NCBI GenBank assembly: GCA_963843845.1
Contig: CAWJMB010000002.1
Span: 960,001-1,024,000 of the forward strand
Length of the DNA: 64,000 nt
From: an uncultured Gemmatimonadaceae bacterium
Lineage (GTDB): Bacteria > Gemmatimonadota > Gemmatimonadetes > Gemmatimonadales > Gemmatimonadaceae
Direction of reading: 5' to 3'
In this document: positions 20,031 through 30,133 of the stretch, piece after piece
Layout of the letters: each line of letters begins with the position of its first letter
Numbering within the stretch: the first letter of the stretch is position 1
The notes under the pieces: generated by a model
Seen by the model: only the letters and a program-made list of their open reading frames with translations
What the model was told of the DNA's origin: nothing
Databases searched by the model: none
Made by a program: the position numbers and the translations under genes

Positions 20031-21407
20031 TCACCCGGCCGAGGGGTCCGGCTCGTCCTCGCGCACACCCACCGGGTCGCCGACGACGTCCTGCACGTAG
20101 AGCATCTTGATCGGCACGAACGCCGCGGCCGTGAGCGGTACGGCGACCATCAGGCCGAGGAAGCCGAAGACGATCGTCATCAGCGCCTGCGCGATGATCG
20201 TCACCGCCGGCGGGAGATCCATCCCGCCGCGCATGAGAACGGGGATCAGCAGGTTGTTCTCGCAGAACTGGATCCCCCAGTACACGGCGACCACCGACAG
20301 CGCCTTCTCCGGCGAGTCGACGAAGCCCATCGCCACGGCCGGCACCGCGCTCAGGATCGGACCGACCGTCGGGATGAATTCGAGCAGCCCCGCGATGAAG
20401 CCGAGCGCGTAGGCGGCCTTCACGCCGAGCAGAAGCATCGCGACCGTCGTCACCGTGCCGATGACCGCCATCGCGATGAGCTGTGTGACGAGCCACTTCC
20501 GCAGCACGATCCCGATCTCGGTGAGGACCTCGCCGGCGCGCTTGCGGGCCCGGTGCGGAAAGAGGTGCATGATCCCGTCGTGATACAACGTCGGCTCGGC
20601 GCCGATGTAGATCGCGAGGAAGATGATCATGAAGACGCCGGCCGTGGCCGCCGCGGCCGACGACAGGAACGGGAAGAGCAGCCGCGTGAGCCCGCTCATC
20701 TGCGTGCCGAGCCTCGCCTTGAGCCCCTCGGTCGCCGAGGGCGCCGACGCGGCCGGCGCGCGCTCGCGTCCGGCCGGTTGCGCCGACGGCTGCTGCGAAG
20801 CGGACGGTCCGCCGGCCGGCACACCCGGCTGCGGCTCGGTGCCGCGCGCCGAGGCGCCACCACTCGGCGCCGTGGCCGGCGCCGTGGCCGTCGCGGTCGC
20901 CGCCCCGCCCCCGCCGCTGTTCAGGATCATCCCGACGAAGCCGCCGCGGTGGCTGTTCAGCCACGCCTCCGCTCGGTCGATCGCCGCCGGGATCTGGCCG
21001 CGCAGCACGGTGAACTGCTCGGTGAGCGTGGGCGCCATGAGCGCCCCCGCCCCGACGATCGCGCCGAGCGTGCCGAAGACGATGAGCGCGGACGCGATGC
21101 CGCGCCGGACGCGGAAGCGCCCGACGCGCAGCCGTTCCACGCGGTCGACCGCCGCGCCGACGGCGAGCCCGAAGAGCGTTCCGAGGAAGACGATGAAGAC
21201 GAGCGAGTTCGCGAACCAGAGAAGCCGCAGCAGCAGGTAGAGCCCGGCGATGAGCGCGGCGGCGCGCAGCACGTCCCGGCTGCGCCAGCCGACCACCCGC
21301 GACCGACGTTCGGGGCGCGGTCGCAGATTGTGCTTCCCGATGCGCGGGAGGGACGTGCCGATCGGCGACGCCGGGGCGGACGGCGGGGGCGTGGGGCTTG
21401 GGGTCAT
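20031..21407 (-). CDS. AI-2E family transporter (PerM/TqsA-like)
   Basis: Multiple TM segments; [28 protein letters not shown] motifs. Confidence 0.9.
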   Translation of the reverse strand: MTPSPTPPPSAPASPIGTSLPRIGKHNLRPRPERRSRVVGWRSRDVLRAAALIAGLYLLLRLLWFANSLVFIVFLGTLFGLAVGAAVDRVERLRVGRFRVRRGIASALIVFGTLGAIVGAGALMAPTLTEQFTVLRGQIPAAIDRAEAWLNSHRGGFVGMILNSGGGGAATATATAPATAPSGGASARGTEPQPGVPAGGPSASQQPSAQPAGRERAPAASAPSATEGLKARLGTQMSGLTRLLFPFLSSAAAATAGVFMIIFLAIYIGAEPTLYHDGIMHLFPHRARKRAGEVLTEIGIVLRKWLVTQLIAMAVIGTVTTVAMLLLGVKAAYALGFIAGLLEFIPTVGPILSAVPAVAMGFVDSPEKALSVVAVYWGIQFCENNLLIPVLMRGGMDLPPAVTIIAQALMTIVFGFLGLMVAVPLTAAAFVPIKMLYVQDVVGDPVGVREDEPDPSAG

Positions 21408-21547
21408 GGCAGCGATGAGCGGAGCAAGGGGGGTGCCCGGCGGCGAGGGCGGCGCGGTGCGTACATTACCGAGTCGCGCCCCGAGTCGAGCTCCGGGCGC
21501 GTCACGTGCGCTCCCTTCGCACGACTCGCTCCCCGATCCGATCGCTC

Positions 21548-22801
21548 GTGCCTCGCGACTCGTCCGCCGCCGTCGAATACCTCGAGACCCCCGCCTCCGC
21601 CGCCCGCTTTCTCGAGCGTATCGACGGCGCGACCGAGCTCGCGGTCGACACCGAGGGCGCGAGCTTTCACCGCTTCGTCGACCGGATCTACCTGCTGCAG
21701 CTCACGGCACGCGTCGGCGACGACGAGCTGAGCGCGATCATCGACCCGCTCACCGCCGGCGAGCTGCCGGCGCTCGGGCAGCTGCTCGAGCGCTCCGACG
21801 TCGAGGTCGTGTTCCACGACGCGGACTACGACCTGCGGCTGCTGCACCAGGACTACGGCTGGCACCCGACGCGCCTGTTCGACACGCGGATCGCCGCGCA
21901 GCTCCTCGGCCTCAAGGCGTTCGGGCTCGCGGCGCTGCTCGAGCGCGAGTTCGGTCTCAAGCTCGACAAGAAGCACCAGCGCGCGGACTGGTCGATGAGG
22001 CCGCTCCCGGCCGACATGCTCGACTACGCGGCGCAGGACACGCGCTGGCTGCTCGGGCTGCGCGATCGGCTGCGCGACCAGCTGGCGGCGAAGGGCCGCA
22101 CGAGCTGGGCGAGCGAGGAGTTCGCGCGGCTCGAGGGAACGCGATGGGATCCGGAGGAATCGGAGGCGGCGTTCATGCGGCTCAAAGGCGCACGCGATCT
22201 CACGCGTCGCGAGCTCGCGATCCTGCGCGAGCTGGTGCAGTGGCGCGACTCGGTCGCGGGAGAGCTGGATCGCGCGACGTTCCGCGTGGTCGGGAACGAG
22301 GCACTGTTCGAGGTCGCGCGGCGCGCCCCGACGACGCGCGAGGCGTTGGGCGCGATCCGCGGGGTGCCGCGCGGCTCGCTCGAGTCGCGGAGCCACGAGA
22401 TGCTCGGTGCCGTGCGACGTGGCCTCGCGGTGACCGACGCCGAGCTGCCGCGGTTCCCCCGGGCGCCGCGGTGGGACCGCGATCCCGACTTCGATCCGCG
22501 CGTGAGCCGGCTGCGGACGGTCCGCGAGGAAGCGGCACACCGACTCGAGCTCGATCCGGGCGTCCTCTGCTCGCGCGAACGGCTCGAGGCCGTCGCTCGC
22601 CGCAACCCGACGTCGCTCGCCGAGCTGGAGTCGATCGCCGAGCTGCGTCGGTGGCAGATCGAGGTGCTCGGCCCGGCGATGCTCGAGGCGCTGCGCGAGC
22701 GCGGCCCGGCCGCGCCGGCCGCCCCGAGCACGGGGCGCGATGCGACGGCACCGACTCCGGAATCGCCGACGGACGACGCGTCGCCGTATCGCGACGCCTG
22801 A
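21548..22801 (+). CDS. rnd: Ribonuclease D (3'-5' exonuclease plus HRDC domain)
   Basis: AVDTE, FHDADYD, FDTRIAA, DWSMRPL, YAAQD, HRDC region; start GTG 21548 uncertain. Confidence 0.9.
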   Translation: MPRDSSAAVEYLETPASAARFLERIDGATELAVDTEGASFHRFVDRIYLLQLTARVGDDELSAIIDPLTAGELPALGQLLERSDVEVVFHDADYDLRLLHQDYGWHPTRLFDTRIAAQLLGLKAFGLAALLEREFGLKLDKKHQRADWSMRPLPADMLDYAAQDTRWLLGLRDRLRDQLAAKGRTSWASEEFARLEGTRWDPEESEAAFMRLKGARDLTRRELAILRELVQWRDSVAGELDRATFRVVGNEALFEVARRAPTTREALGAIRGVPRGSLESRSHEMLGAVRRGLAVTDAELPRFPRAPRWDRDPDFDPRVSRLRTVREEAAHRLELDPGVLCSRERLEAVARRNPTSLAELESIAELRRWQIEVLGPAMLEALRERGPAAPAAPSTGRDATAPTPESPTDDASPYRDA

Positions 22802-23040
22802 CTGCCGAGCGCGCGCGACATGTGGCGCAGGCGCCACGAGCGTCGCGTCGGCGCCACGGTTCTCGCGCGCACGCGCCAGGTCGGGCGCACCGGGATGCCG
22901 GGCTAACTCGCAGTCGGCATTGTCGTTAGGCACGCGGCGCACCGCTCCGTGCCGACGACGACGCTGAGGAACGAAGCCTGCCATCGACTCGACGTCACTC
23001 GCATCGCCGTCGCAGCCGTCGTCTTCGTCGCCAAGTCGCC

Positions 23041-23799
23041 ATGACCGTCGTCACTCCGATCGAGCCGCACATTCGCCGCCGCGATGCCCGCCTCGTGCCG
23101 ACCGCCGCGTGCACCGGTGAGCTGCCGATCGAGCGCGACGCGATGATCCCGGTCTTCCGCGAGCCTGTGCGCGCGCCGGTGCGCGCGCCTGTGCGCGCGC
23201 CGGTGCGTGCGCCGGCGCGCGCGACGCGGGTCACGACCGACGCGCAGCGCGCGCTCGCGACAGGCGCCGTCGCCGACGAGGCGCGTGGCGCCGGGTCGGC
23301 GTTCAGCGATGCAGCGCTCGCCGCGCGCTTCTTTCCGCTCGTTGCGCTCGTCGTCGCCGCAGATCTCGCGACCAAGGCATGGGCCGCCACGGCGCTCTCG
23401 TCGACGCCGGTAGCGCTGTCGCGCTTTCTCTCCCTCTCGCTCGCCTACAATCCTGCCTCGGCGGGGGGCGTCTCGCTCGGCGAACACACGCGGGCACTCA
23501 ACTTCGCGGCGACCGGCGTCGTCGTCGGCCTGCTCGTGATGATCGCGCCGTCGCTCACGCGCTTCGACCGGCGGGCGTGGGTCGCGCTCGCACTCGTCGC
23601 GGGAGCCGGCTTCGGCAATCTCGTCGGCATGCTCTCCAGCGATCGCGGCGTCGTCGACTTCCTCGCGGTGCAGCGTCCTGGTGGCGGCGCCTGGGTGCTC
23701 AACGTCGCCGACGTCGCCCTGGGCATCGGGCTCGTGCTGTTGGGCGGGATCGCGCTCCGGCTCGCGCGGTCGGTGCGCGCGGGGATCTGGACGGTCTGA
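23041..23799 (+). CDS. lspA: Signal peptidase II (LspA)-like, divergent
   Basis: DLATK, GNL, GVVDF, NVAD motifs, four hydrophobic segments; long N-terminal extension, start uncertain. Confidence 0.65.
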   Translation: MTVVTPIEPHIRRRDARLVPTAACTGELPIERDAMIPVFREPVRAPVRAPVRAPVRAPARATRVTTDAQRALATGAVADEARGAGSAFSDAALAARFFPLVALVVAADLATKAWAATALSSTPVALSRFLSLSLAYNPASAGGVSLGEHTRALNFAATGVVVGLLVMIAPSLTRFDRRAWVALALVAGAGFGNLVGMLSSDRGVVDFLAVQRPGGGAWVLNVADVALGIGLVLLGGIALRLARSVRAGIWTV

Positions 23800-23887
23800 G
23801 CGACGCCGACAGCGAACCGCGGATGCGTTTGCTCTAGCGCTCGACGGAAGGCTCGGGCGAGGCGCGAACCGTCGTCGACCGCGACGC

Positions 23888-24235
23888 TCAGAATCCGAGG
23901 TACGCCCGCACCCGCGGCTCGATCCGATCGGGCGTCCAGGGCGGGCTCCACACGAGATTCACGACGACGTCGGTGACGTCGGGGAGCGCGCGCAGCTGCT
24001 GCTCGGCGTCCTTCATGATGTCGGGACCCGACGGGCACCCTGGTGACGTGAGGCTCATGTCGACCTCGGCGCGCGACCCGACGAGCCGGATGTCGTAGAC
24101 GAGGCCGAGGTCCACGATGTTGAGGTTCAGGTCGGGATCCTTCACGCGGCGCAGTGCGAGCCGGAGCTGATCGAGCGTCGGCGCGACCGGTGTCGGCGAC
24201 GTGGCGTCGAGCGGTGTGTCGGAGGTCTCGGACAC
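23888..24235 (-). CDS. Metal-sulfur cluster assembly factor (DUF59/SufT/MIP18-like)
   Basis: VKDPDLNLNIVDLGLVY, SLTSPGCP, VWSPPWT. Confidence 0.9.
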   Translation of the reverse strand: MSETSDTPLDATSPTPVAPTLDQLRLALRRVKDPDLNLNIVDLGLVYDIRLVGSRAEVDMSLTSPGCPSGPDIMKDAEQQLRALPDVTDVVVNLVWSPPWTPDRIEPRVRAYLGF

Positions 24236-24242
24236 GGCCGGC

Positions 24243-25856
24243 CTATCCCTTCTTCGCGGTCGACGTCCGTGCCGCGGCCGCCTTCGCCTTCGCGGCGCTG
24301 CCCTTCGCCCGGGTCGCGGCGGACGCCGCCTTCGTGGTCGACGGCTTCGCTTTGGCGGCGGAGGATCTCGCCGACTTCGATGCCACCGACTTCGATGCCG
24401 GCGACTTGGACGCTGCCGACTTGGACGCTGCCGACTTCGCCGTGGCGTTCTTGCGCTTCGACGCGCTCGATTTCGACGCCGAGGACTTCGACGCCGATGC
24501 CTTGGACGACGTCCGGCTGCGCGCCGAGGCACGGCTGCGCGTCGTCTTCGTCGCCTTCGTCGCCGTTCGGTTCCAGCCGCTCGCTTCGTCGGCGCGGAAC
24601 GATGCCGGCATCGCGCGCACCCCGTTCGGCGCGTCGAGCACCGCCAGCTCGGCGGCGTCGGCGAGGTCGGCGCGGACGTCGGCGATGACCTTCGCCGGGC
24701 GCTGCGCGCGGGCGGCGTGGACGCGGTTCGTGAGCAGGACGACGAACAGGTCGCGCTCGGGATCGATCCAGAGCGACGTGCCGGTGAAGCCGGTGTGCCC
24801 GTACGCCGCGGCTCCCATGAGCGAGCCGCAGCTCCCCTTGTTGTTGCAGGTGTCCCAGCCGAGCGCGCGGGTGCCGGCGGCGCGCGCCGTGAACAGGCGC
24901 ACCGTGGAGTCGGCGATGATCCGGTGGCCGGCGTACTCGCCGCCGTTCAGCAGCATCTGCGCGTAGATCGAGAGGTCGGCGGCCGTGCTGAACATCCCGG
25001 CGTGGCCTGCGATCCCGCCCAACGCGTAGGCGTTCTCGTCGTGCACCTCGCCACGGAGCGGATAGCCGCGCGGCGGGCTCACCTCGGTCGGCGCCGTGCG
25101 CGTGCGCTCCGACGGCGGCAAGAGGAAGTACGTCTCGTTCATGCCTAACGGCTCGAAGACGCGCTTCTCGAGGAATCGGTCGAGCCGCTGCCCCGCCACC
25201 GTCTCGACGACGAAGCCGAGGACGTCGGCACCGAGGTCCGAGTACTCGAAGCAGTCACCCGGGCGGCAGTAGATCGGCGTCGCGATCACCTGGTCGCGCG
25301 CCTCCGCGTTCGTGCGGGCGGAGCGCCAGAGGTCGCGTCCGGCGGGGAGCCCCGAGCGGTGCGTCAACAGGTGTCGGATCGTGACGCGGTCCTTGTTCCC
25401 GCCGGAGAACGCCGGGAGGTAGTCGCGGACCGGCGCGTCGAGATCGATCTTCCCTTCGTCGTAGAGAATCATGACGGCCGTCGTCGTCCCGACGACTTTC
25501 GTCAGCGACGCGAGGTCGTAGAGCGAGTGGATGTCGACGTCCGGGCTCTCGCCCGACCAGGACAGCCGCCCGAAGCCGCGCTTCACGACGGCCGCACCGC
25601 GCCGTCCGACGACCGCCGCCGCGCCGGGGTATCCGCCCGCCGAGATGCCGCGTTGCACGACGCGCGTGATCGTGCCGAGCCGTTCCGCCGACATGCCGAC
25701 CTCGGACGCGTCCTTGAGCGGCAGCCCCTCGGAGACGACCGCGCTGTAGCCGGACGCCACGCCGGCGCGCGCACCATGCGCTGCGTGCGTGAACATGCCG
25801 AACGCGGACGAAGCGCCGAGCACCGCGAACGCCGCGGCTACGTTGACTCTGGGCAT
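24243..25856 (-). CDS. Serine hydrolase (class C beta-lactamase fold) with Lys/Ala/Ser-rich C-terminal tail
   Basis: GAAGGAG RBS; ASLTK, LLTHRSG, YSD, GEVHDEN, GHTGFTGT motifs. Confidence 0.85.
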   Translation of the reverse strand: MPRVNVAAAFAVLGASSAFGMFTHAAHGARAGVASGYSAVVSEGLPLKDASEVGMSAERLGTITRVVQRGISAGGYPGAAAVVGRRGAAVVKRGFGRLSWSGESPDVDIHSLYDLASLTKVVGTTTAVMILYDEGKIDLDAPVRDYLPAFSGGNKDRVTIRHLLTHRSGLPAGRDLWRSARTNAEARDQVIATPIYCRPGDCFEYSDLGADVLGFVVETVAGQRLDRFLEKRVFEPLGMNETYFLLPPSERTRTAPTEVSPPRGYPLRGEVHDENAYALGGIAGHAGMFSTAADLSIYAQMLLNGGEYAGHRIIADSTVRLFTARAAGTRALGWDTCNNKGSCGSLMGAAAYGHTGFTGTSLWIDPERDLFVVLLTNRVHAARAQRPAKVIADVRADLADAAELAVLDAPNGVRAMPASFRADEASGWNRTATKATKTTRSRASARSRTSSKASASKSSASKSSASKRKNATAKSAASKSAASKSPASKSVASKSARSSAAKAKPSTTKAASAATRAKGSAAKAKAAAARTSTAKKG

Positions 25857-26252
25857 CGGACGACGTGCTCCTTCGACGGCGGAAGCTGCAGGGACGTCTT
25901 CCTCGTCAGACGCGATCGGCGGCGTTCGCGTCACCAGGCGGTGGCGGACCGAGACGATTGCGGCAGCGAGGTCGCTGTCGGACTCGGGCGAGCGGCGTGC
26001 CAGACCGTCCTGCACGCGCGAGGGGCGGGGAGGCGGGTATATGGCCGTCGTCACACGATGGGTCAAGTCGCGAGAGCGAGCAATCGCGCGCCCGGTGTCC
26101 GACGAACATGATACCCGCCGCGCGAGAGAAGTTGCCGAGCCCCTCACCGCCCCGGCGAGGCGGGGCGGTGAGGGCGGGGTTCAGCGACATCGCCCGATCG
26201 TTCGTAGACGAGGCAACCCCGCGCGCGCCGCGAGTGACGAATACGGCAGGAT

Positions 26253-26966
26253 ATGGATTCCGATCAAGCACTGGTCCGGCGCGCCATCGATGGCGACGAG
26301 CGGGCGATGCGGACGCTCTGGACGCGGCACGCGGCGCACGTGGATGCCGTCGTGCGGCGGCTCGTGAGCGACCGCGACGCCGCGGCCGACGTCGCGCAGG
26401 AGGTGTGGATCCAGATCTTCCGCGCCCTGCCGTCGTGGCGCGGCGACTCGCAGTTCGGCACCTGGCTGCACCGCGTCGCCGTGAACCGCACGCTGAACGC
26501 ACTCCGCTCCCTGCGCCGCACCGGGCGCTACGAGACGTCGCTCGACGAGGCGACCGATGGCCAGCCCGGCGGCGCCGTCTCGGCGGCGATGGCCGTGGAG
26601 CCGGAGAGCGAGCGGGCGCTGCTCGCGGCGTCGATCGAGGAGGCGGCGCGGCAGCTGGCGCCGGGCGCGCGCCAGGTGTTCTTCCTGCACGACGTCGAAG
26701 GCTACACGCACGAAGAGATCGCCGAGTCGCTCGGCATCACCGCCGGCGGCTCGAAGTCGCAACTGTTCAAGGCGCGCGCGAAGCTGCGCCGACTGCTCGC
26801 GCATCTCGTCGAAGGGCGCACCACCGCGGTCGGCGACACGCGGGTCGGCGACACGCCGCACGGCGGCGTTCCCGCCGCCGTGCGAGCGCCCGCTCCGACA
26901 CCCACGAAGCCGAGCGGATCGACGCTCCGTCACCATCTGGTTCCTCATGCAGCACCTGGCTACTGA
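26253..26966 (+). CDS. ECF RNA polymerase sigma factor
   Basis: DVAQEVW, FGTWLHRVAVN (region 2); LHDVEGYTHEEIA..SKSQLFKAR (region 4). Confidence 0.9.
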   Translation: MDSDQALVRRAIDGDERAMRTLWTRHAAHVDAVVRRLVSDRDAAADVAQEVWIQIFRALPSWRGDSQFGTWLHRVAVNRTLNALRSLRRTGRYETSLDEATDGQPGGAVSAAMAVEPESERALLAASIEEAARQLAPGARQVFFLHDVEGYTHEEIAESLGITAGGSKSQLFKARAKLRRLLAHLVEGRTTAVGDTRVGDTPHGGVPAAVRAPAPTPTKPSGSTLRHHLVPHAAPGY

Positions 26967-27882
26967 CCGACTCGCGGCACTCGCCGACGAGCCGCCCACG
27001 CCGCCGGAGCGCGCGCACCTCGCGTCGTGCCTTCCGTGCCGGCGCGAGCACGACGCGTTCGTCGCGCTGCTCGCACTCGCGCAGCGGGAGGGCGCGGCGA
27101 GTCGTCCTGCCGACACCGTCACCAGCCCCGCCGACCCGTTGACGGCGTGGGATTCCCTCGCGACGTCGTTGCGTGCCGAGGGGCTCGCTCGCGTCTCGGC
27201 GCCGACGCTCGCAGACGCCGTCGAATCCGGGCATCGAACGCTCGTCCGAGCCGCCGACACGGGAGTGCGCCCGGTCCGCCATCATCCGCAGGTGATGCGC
27301 GGCGTGTGGCGCGCCGCGGCGTCGCTCGCCCTCCTCGTCGGCGGCGCCGCCGTCGGCCGCCTGACCGCGCCGGGCGTACAGACCGCCGAATCCCGTCAGC
27401 GTGCGGACGTCGCCGCGGCATCGCCGACGACGTCGGCGTCGGCGACCGGCGCGTCGGCGACCGCCGAGGTCCGCGCCGCGTCCGACCGGGGCGCGGCGAC
27501 CGACGCGTCGGTGCGGCTCGCCGCGAACGGTCTGTCGGACACCCTTCCGGTCTACGGCGAGCCCGCCGCCGGCTCGATGCGCGCGTTCGCCAGCGTCGCC
27601 GACGCGATGCAGGCGTTGCAGCAGGCACAGCGCGACTACCAGCGGGCGGCGACGTATCTCGACGATCACGACGACGCGACGTCGCCGGCCGCGCCGCAAC
27701 TGCTGCGCGCGCGGCTCGCGGCGCTCGACGAGGTCATGCCCAAGGTCCGCGAGGCGCTGTACGACGCGCCGCAGGACCCGGTGCTCACGCAGTACTACCT
27801 CACGACGGCCGACGTCCGGGAGTCGACGCTGCGGCAGCTCGGGCGCGCGTTGCCGGTCGGCATGCGGTTGAACGGATACTGA
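26947..27882 (+). CDS. Putative zinc-finger (HxxxCxxC) anti-sigma factor with one TM helix
   Basis: HLASCLPC, TM segment WRAAASLALLVGG; directly downstream of the ECF gene. Confidence 0.75.
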   Translation: MQHLATDRLAALADEPPTPPERAHLASCLPCRREHDAFVALLALAQREGAASRPADTVTSPADPLTAWDSLATSLRAEGLARVSAPTLADAVESGHRTLVRAADTGVRPVRHHPQVMRGVWRAAASLALLVGGAAVGRLTAPGVQTAESRQRADVAAASPTTSASATGASATAEVRAASDRGAATDASVRLAANGLSDTLPVYGEPAAGSMRAFASVADAMQALQQAQRDYQRAATYLDDHDDATSPAAPQLLRARLAALDEVMPKVREALYDAPQDPVLTQYYLTTADVRESTLRQLGRALPVGMRLNGY

Positions 27883-29033
27883 TGCGCTCTCGTGCTCTCT
27901 CCGTCGCGACGCGCGGCGCCACGCTCGCTGCGCTGTGCGTGACCGGCGCGGCGTCGGCGGCCGTCGTGTCGACGGCGGCGGCGCAGCCGGGCGCGCGGCC
28001 GACGCTCAGCGCCTGCGCGTTGGGCGGGTTGATGCAGCGCGACGTCGCGATGCGGCGGGCTGGCGTGCCGCCCTCCGACTCGGTGTTCGAGCGGCGACTC
28101 ACCGACATGGCGTCGGCGGACCTCGACCGCGTCGTCACGCTGCGCCACCGGGCCGCGCCCGACGGACCCTCTCCAGTCCGCATCCGACTCGGTCAGCGTC
28201 CGGGGTGGATCGGCGTGCAGACCTCCGAGGTCAGCAACGTGCGCGAGTCGGCCGACGGGCGCTCGGTGCTCTACTGCGACTACCCGGTCATCGTGAGCGT
28301 CGAGCCCGGGTCGCCGGCCCAGCGCGGCGGGCTCGAGGCGGGGGACACGGTCGTCGCGTACAACGGTCGCGACCTGCGCTCGGGAAGCGAGATCTCGCTC
28401 GGTCAACTGCTCGTGCCGAACGACACGCTGCGTGTCACGGTTCGCCGCGACAGCCGCGTGCTCGAACTCGCCGTCGTCGTCGCCTCACGGCCCGAGTCGA
28501 TGACGGCGTGGAGCGGGGGGACGCCGGGACCGGGTCAGTCGTACAGCTACGTGTTCGTGACCCCGAACGGCGAACGCCGCGTCGTCAGCTCGTCTGCGCC
28601 GACGACCGAGGCGGCGCGCGCGGAGCGCGCGCAGATCGCCGTGCGCGCCGCGCGGACCTCCGAAGGTGGGTCGTCGCGCCCGCCGGGTGCGGTGCCGGGC
28701 GGGTCCCGGCCGGTGACGGCGTTCTCGCCGATGCTGCTGACGTTCGGCGTCGGCGGGTCGGCGCTCGCCGGCGCCCAGCTCGTGGCGGTCGACGACGATC
28801 TCGGGGCGGTCATCGGCACGCGGCGAGGCGTCCTGATCCTCAAAGTCGCCGACGGAACGCCGGCGAGTGCGGCGGGGCTGCGCGCGGGCGACGTCATCAC
28901 CGTCGCCGCCGGCCGGGCCGTGACGACGCCCGGCGTGTTGCAGCAGGCGCTCGCGCGCCGATTCGAGGAGCGGGCGCTGGCGTTGCGCGTGGTGCGAAAG
29001 GGGAAGCCGCGCGACGTCACGCTGCGCTGGTAG
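27882..29033 (+). CDS. Secreted tandem-PDZ domain protein
   Basis: TGATG coupling; signal peptide; GWIGV..VEPGSPA..GLEAGD and VADGTPA..GLRAGDVI PDZ signatures. Confidence 0.8.
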   Translation: MRSRALSVATRGATLAALCVTGAASAAVVSTAAAQPGARPTLSACALGGLMQRDVAMRRAGVPPSDSVFERRLTDMASADLDRVVTLRHRAAPDGPSPVRIRLGQRPGWIGVQTSEVSNVRESADGRSVLYCDYPVIVSVEPGSPAQRGGLEAGDTVVAYNGRDLRSGSEISLGQLLVPNDTLRVTVRRDSRVLELAVVVASRPESMTAWSGGTPGPGQSYSYVFVTPNGERRVVSSSAPTTEAARAERAQIAVRAARTSEGGSSRPPGAVPGGSRPVTAFSPMLLTFGVGGSALAGAQLVAVDDDLGAVIGTRRGVLILKVADGTPASAAGLRAGDVITVAAGRAVTTPGVLQQALARRFEERALALRVVRKGKPRDVTLRW

Positions 29034-30069
29034 CCGTCGCCGCGGACTCGGCGTCGAGCTCGACCTTCTGCAGCTTTCGCGCGGGGGGCACGAGCGACTT
29101 GTGAATCGCCAGCGCCGCGACGGCCCCCCCCGCGGCGGCGCGGACGCCGAGCTGCGGCCCGGGCGTGAGATCGCCGGCGGCGAAGACGTTGTAGACCGAC
29201 GTGTGATGTGCCGCGTCGATCGTGACGTGCCCGTTCTCGTCGCGCGCGCAGCCGAGCTGCGCGCCGAGGTCGTCGGCCGGGTACTGTCCGATCGCGAAGA
29301 AGATCTTCTCGCAGCCGAGGAAGCGGCCGTCGCTGAAGTGGAGCGACCGGAGATTGCCTTCGCGCAGGTGAACGCGCTCGACGGCGCACGTCTCGACCGG
29401 GATGCCCAACGTCTCGAGCTTGCCGGCGAGGTAGTCGTCGAGCCCCGGGTCGTCGCCGTTCGTGCAGACGACGATGTCGCGCGTCCACGTGGTGAGGTTG
29501 AGCGCCATCCCGACGGCCTTGCGCCCCGCGCCGATGACGACCGTCTTCTTGTCGCGGACGTCGTAGCCGTCGCAGTCAGGGCAGACGTGCGCGCGGTCGC
29601 CGTAGACCTCGCTCAACCCCGGGATGCGCGGCCAGACGTCCTTCAGGCCGATCGCGAGCAGCACGCGGCGCGCGGTGAGCGTCGTCGTACACGGCCGCGG
29701 TGCGTTGTCCGACGGCACGCGCGGGGTGCCCGGCCCCGCCCGATCGGTCCGCGCCTTCGGGTCGAGCACGGGATCGTAGTCGATGACGAACCGTTCGTCG
29801 CCGTCGGCGCGCACCCGCACGACGAAGCCGTCGACGAGCGTCGCGCCGTACTCTCGCGCCTCGTCGCGTCCCGCGCCGCGCAACTCGGCCGGCCGGACGC
29901 CCGGGAGCCCGAGATAGCCGTTGATGCCGAGCGTCTCCCAGTTGCGCGGGTCGCCCGAGTCGAGCACGACGACGCGATGGAGGTAGCGGCCGAGCCAGAT
30001 GGCGGCAGAGAGGCCGGCAGGACCGCCGCCGATGATGGCGACGTCGTAGGGAGCGTCAGCGTCAGACAT
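29017..30069 (-). CDS. Thioredoxin-reductase-like NAD(P)/FAD-dependent oxidoreductase
   Basis: GGGPAG, CPDCDG, TSVYNVFAAGD motifs. Confidence 0.85.
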   Translation of the reverse strand: MSDADAPYDVAIIGGGPAGLSAAIWLGRYLHRVVVLDSGDPRNWETLGINGYLGLPGVRPAELRGAGRDEAREYGATLVDGFVVRVRADGDERFVIDYDPVLDPKARTDRAGPGTPRVPSDNAPRPCTTTLTARRVLLAIGLKDVWPRIPGLSEVYGDRAHVCPDCDGYDVRDKKTVVIGAGRKAVGMALNLTTWTRDIVVCTNGDDPGLDDYLAGKLETLGIPVETCAVERVHLREGNLRSLHFSDGRFLGCEKIFFAIGQYPADDLGAQLGCARDENGHVTIDAAHHTSVYNVFAAGDLTPGPQLGVRAAAGGAVAALAIHKSLVPPARKLQKVELDAESAATATSAA

Positions 30070-30133
30070 GATGTCACGCGCTGGGCAGGGAGTGTGCCCC
30101 TTCGAACCGCCGGGACCGAGACGTGCCCGGCCG

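Noticed and set aside
22901..22931. GGCTAAC...GTTAGGC as an integron attC site
   Set aside because: The spacing (17 bp) is far too short for attC, the inverse core is imperfect, and there is no integrase or cassette array. The other GTTAGGC copies are unpaired and intragenic.
22802..23040. Possible riboswitch or ncRNA upstream of the lspA-like gene
   Set aside because: Some GC hairpins are possible, but I recognise no family motif and such pairing is expected by chance here. An Rfam/Infernal search would be needed.
14582..25856. Two beta-lactamase-fold genes as antibiotic-resistance determinants
   Set aside because: SxxK-fold hydrolases are commonly esterases or peptidases; there is no mobile context or class-defining evidence.
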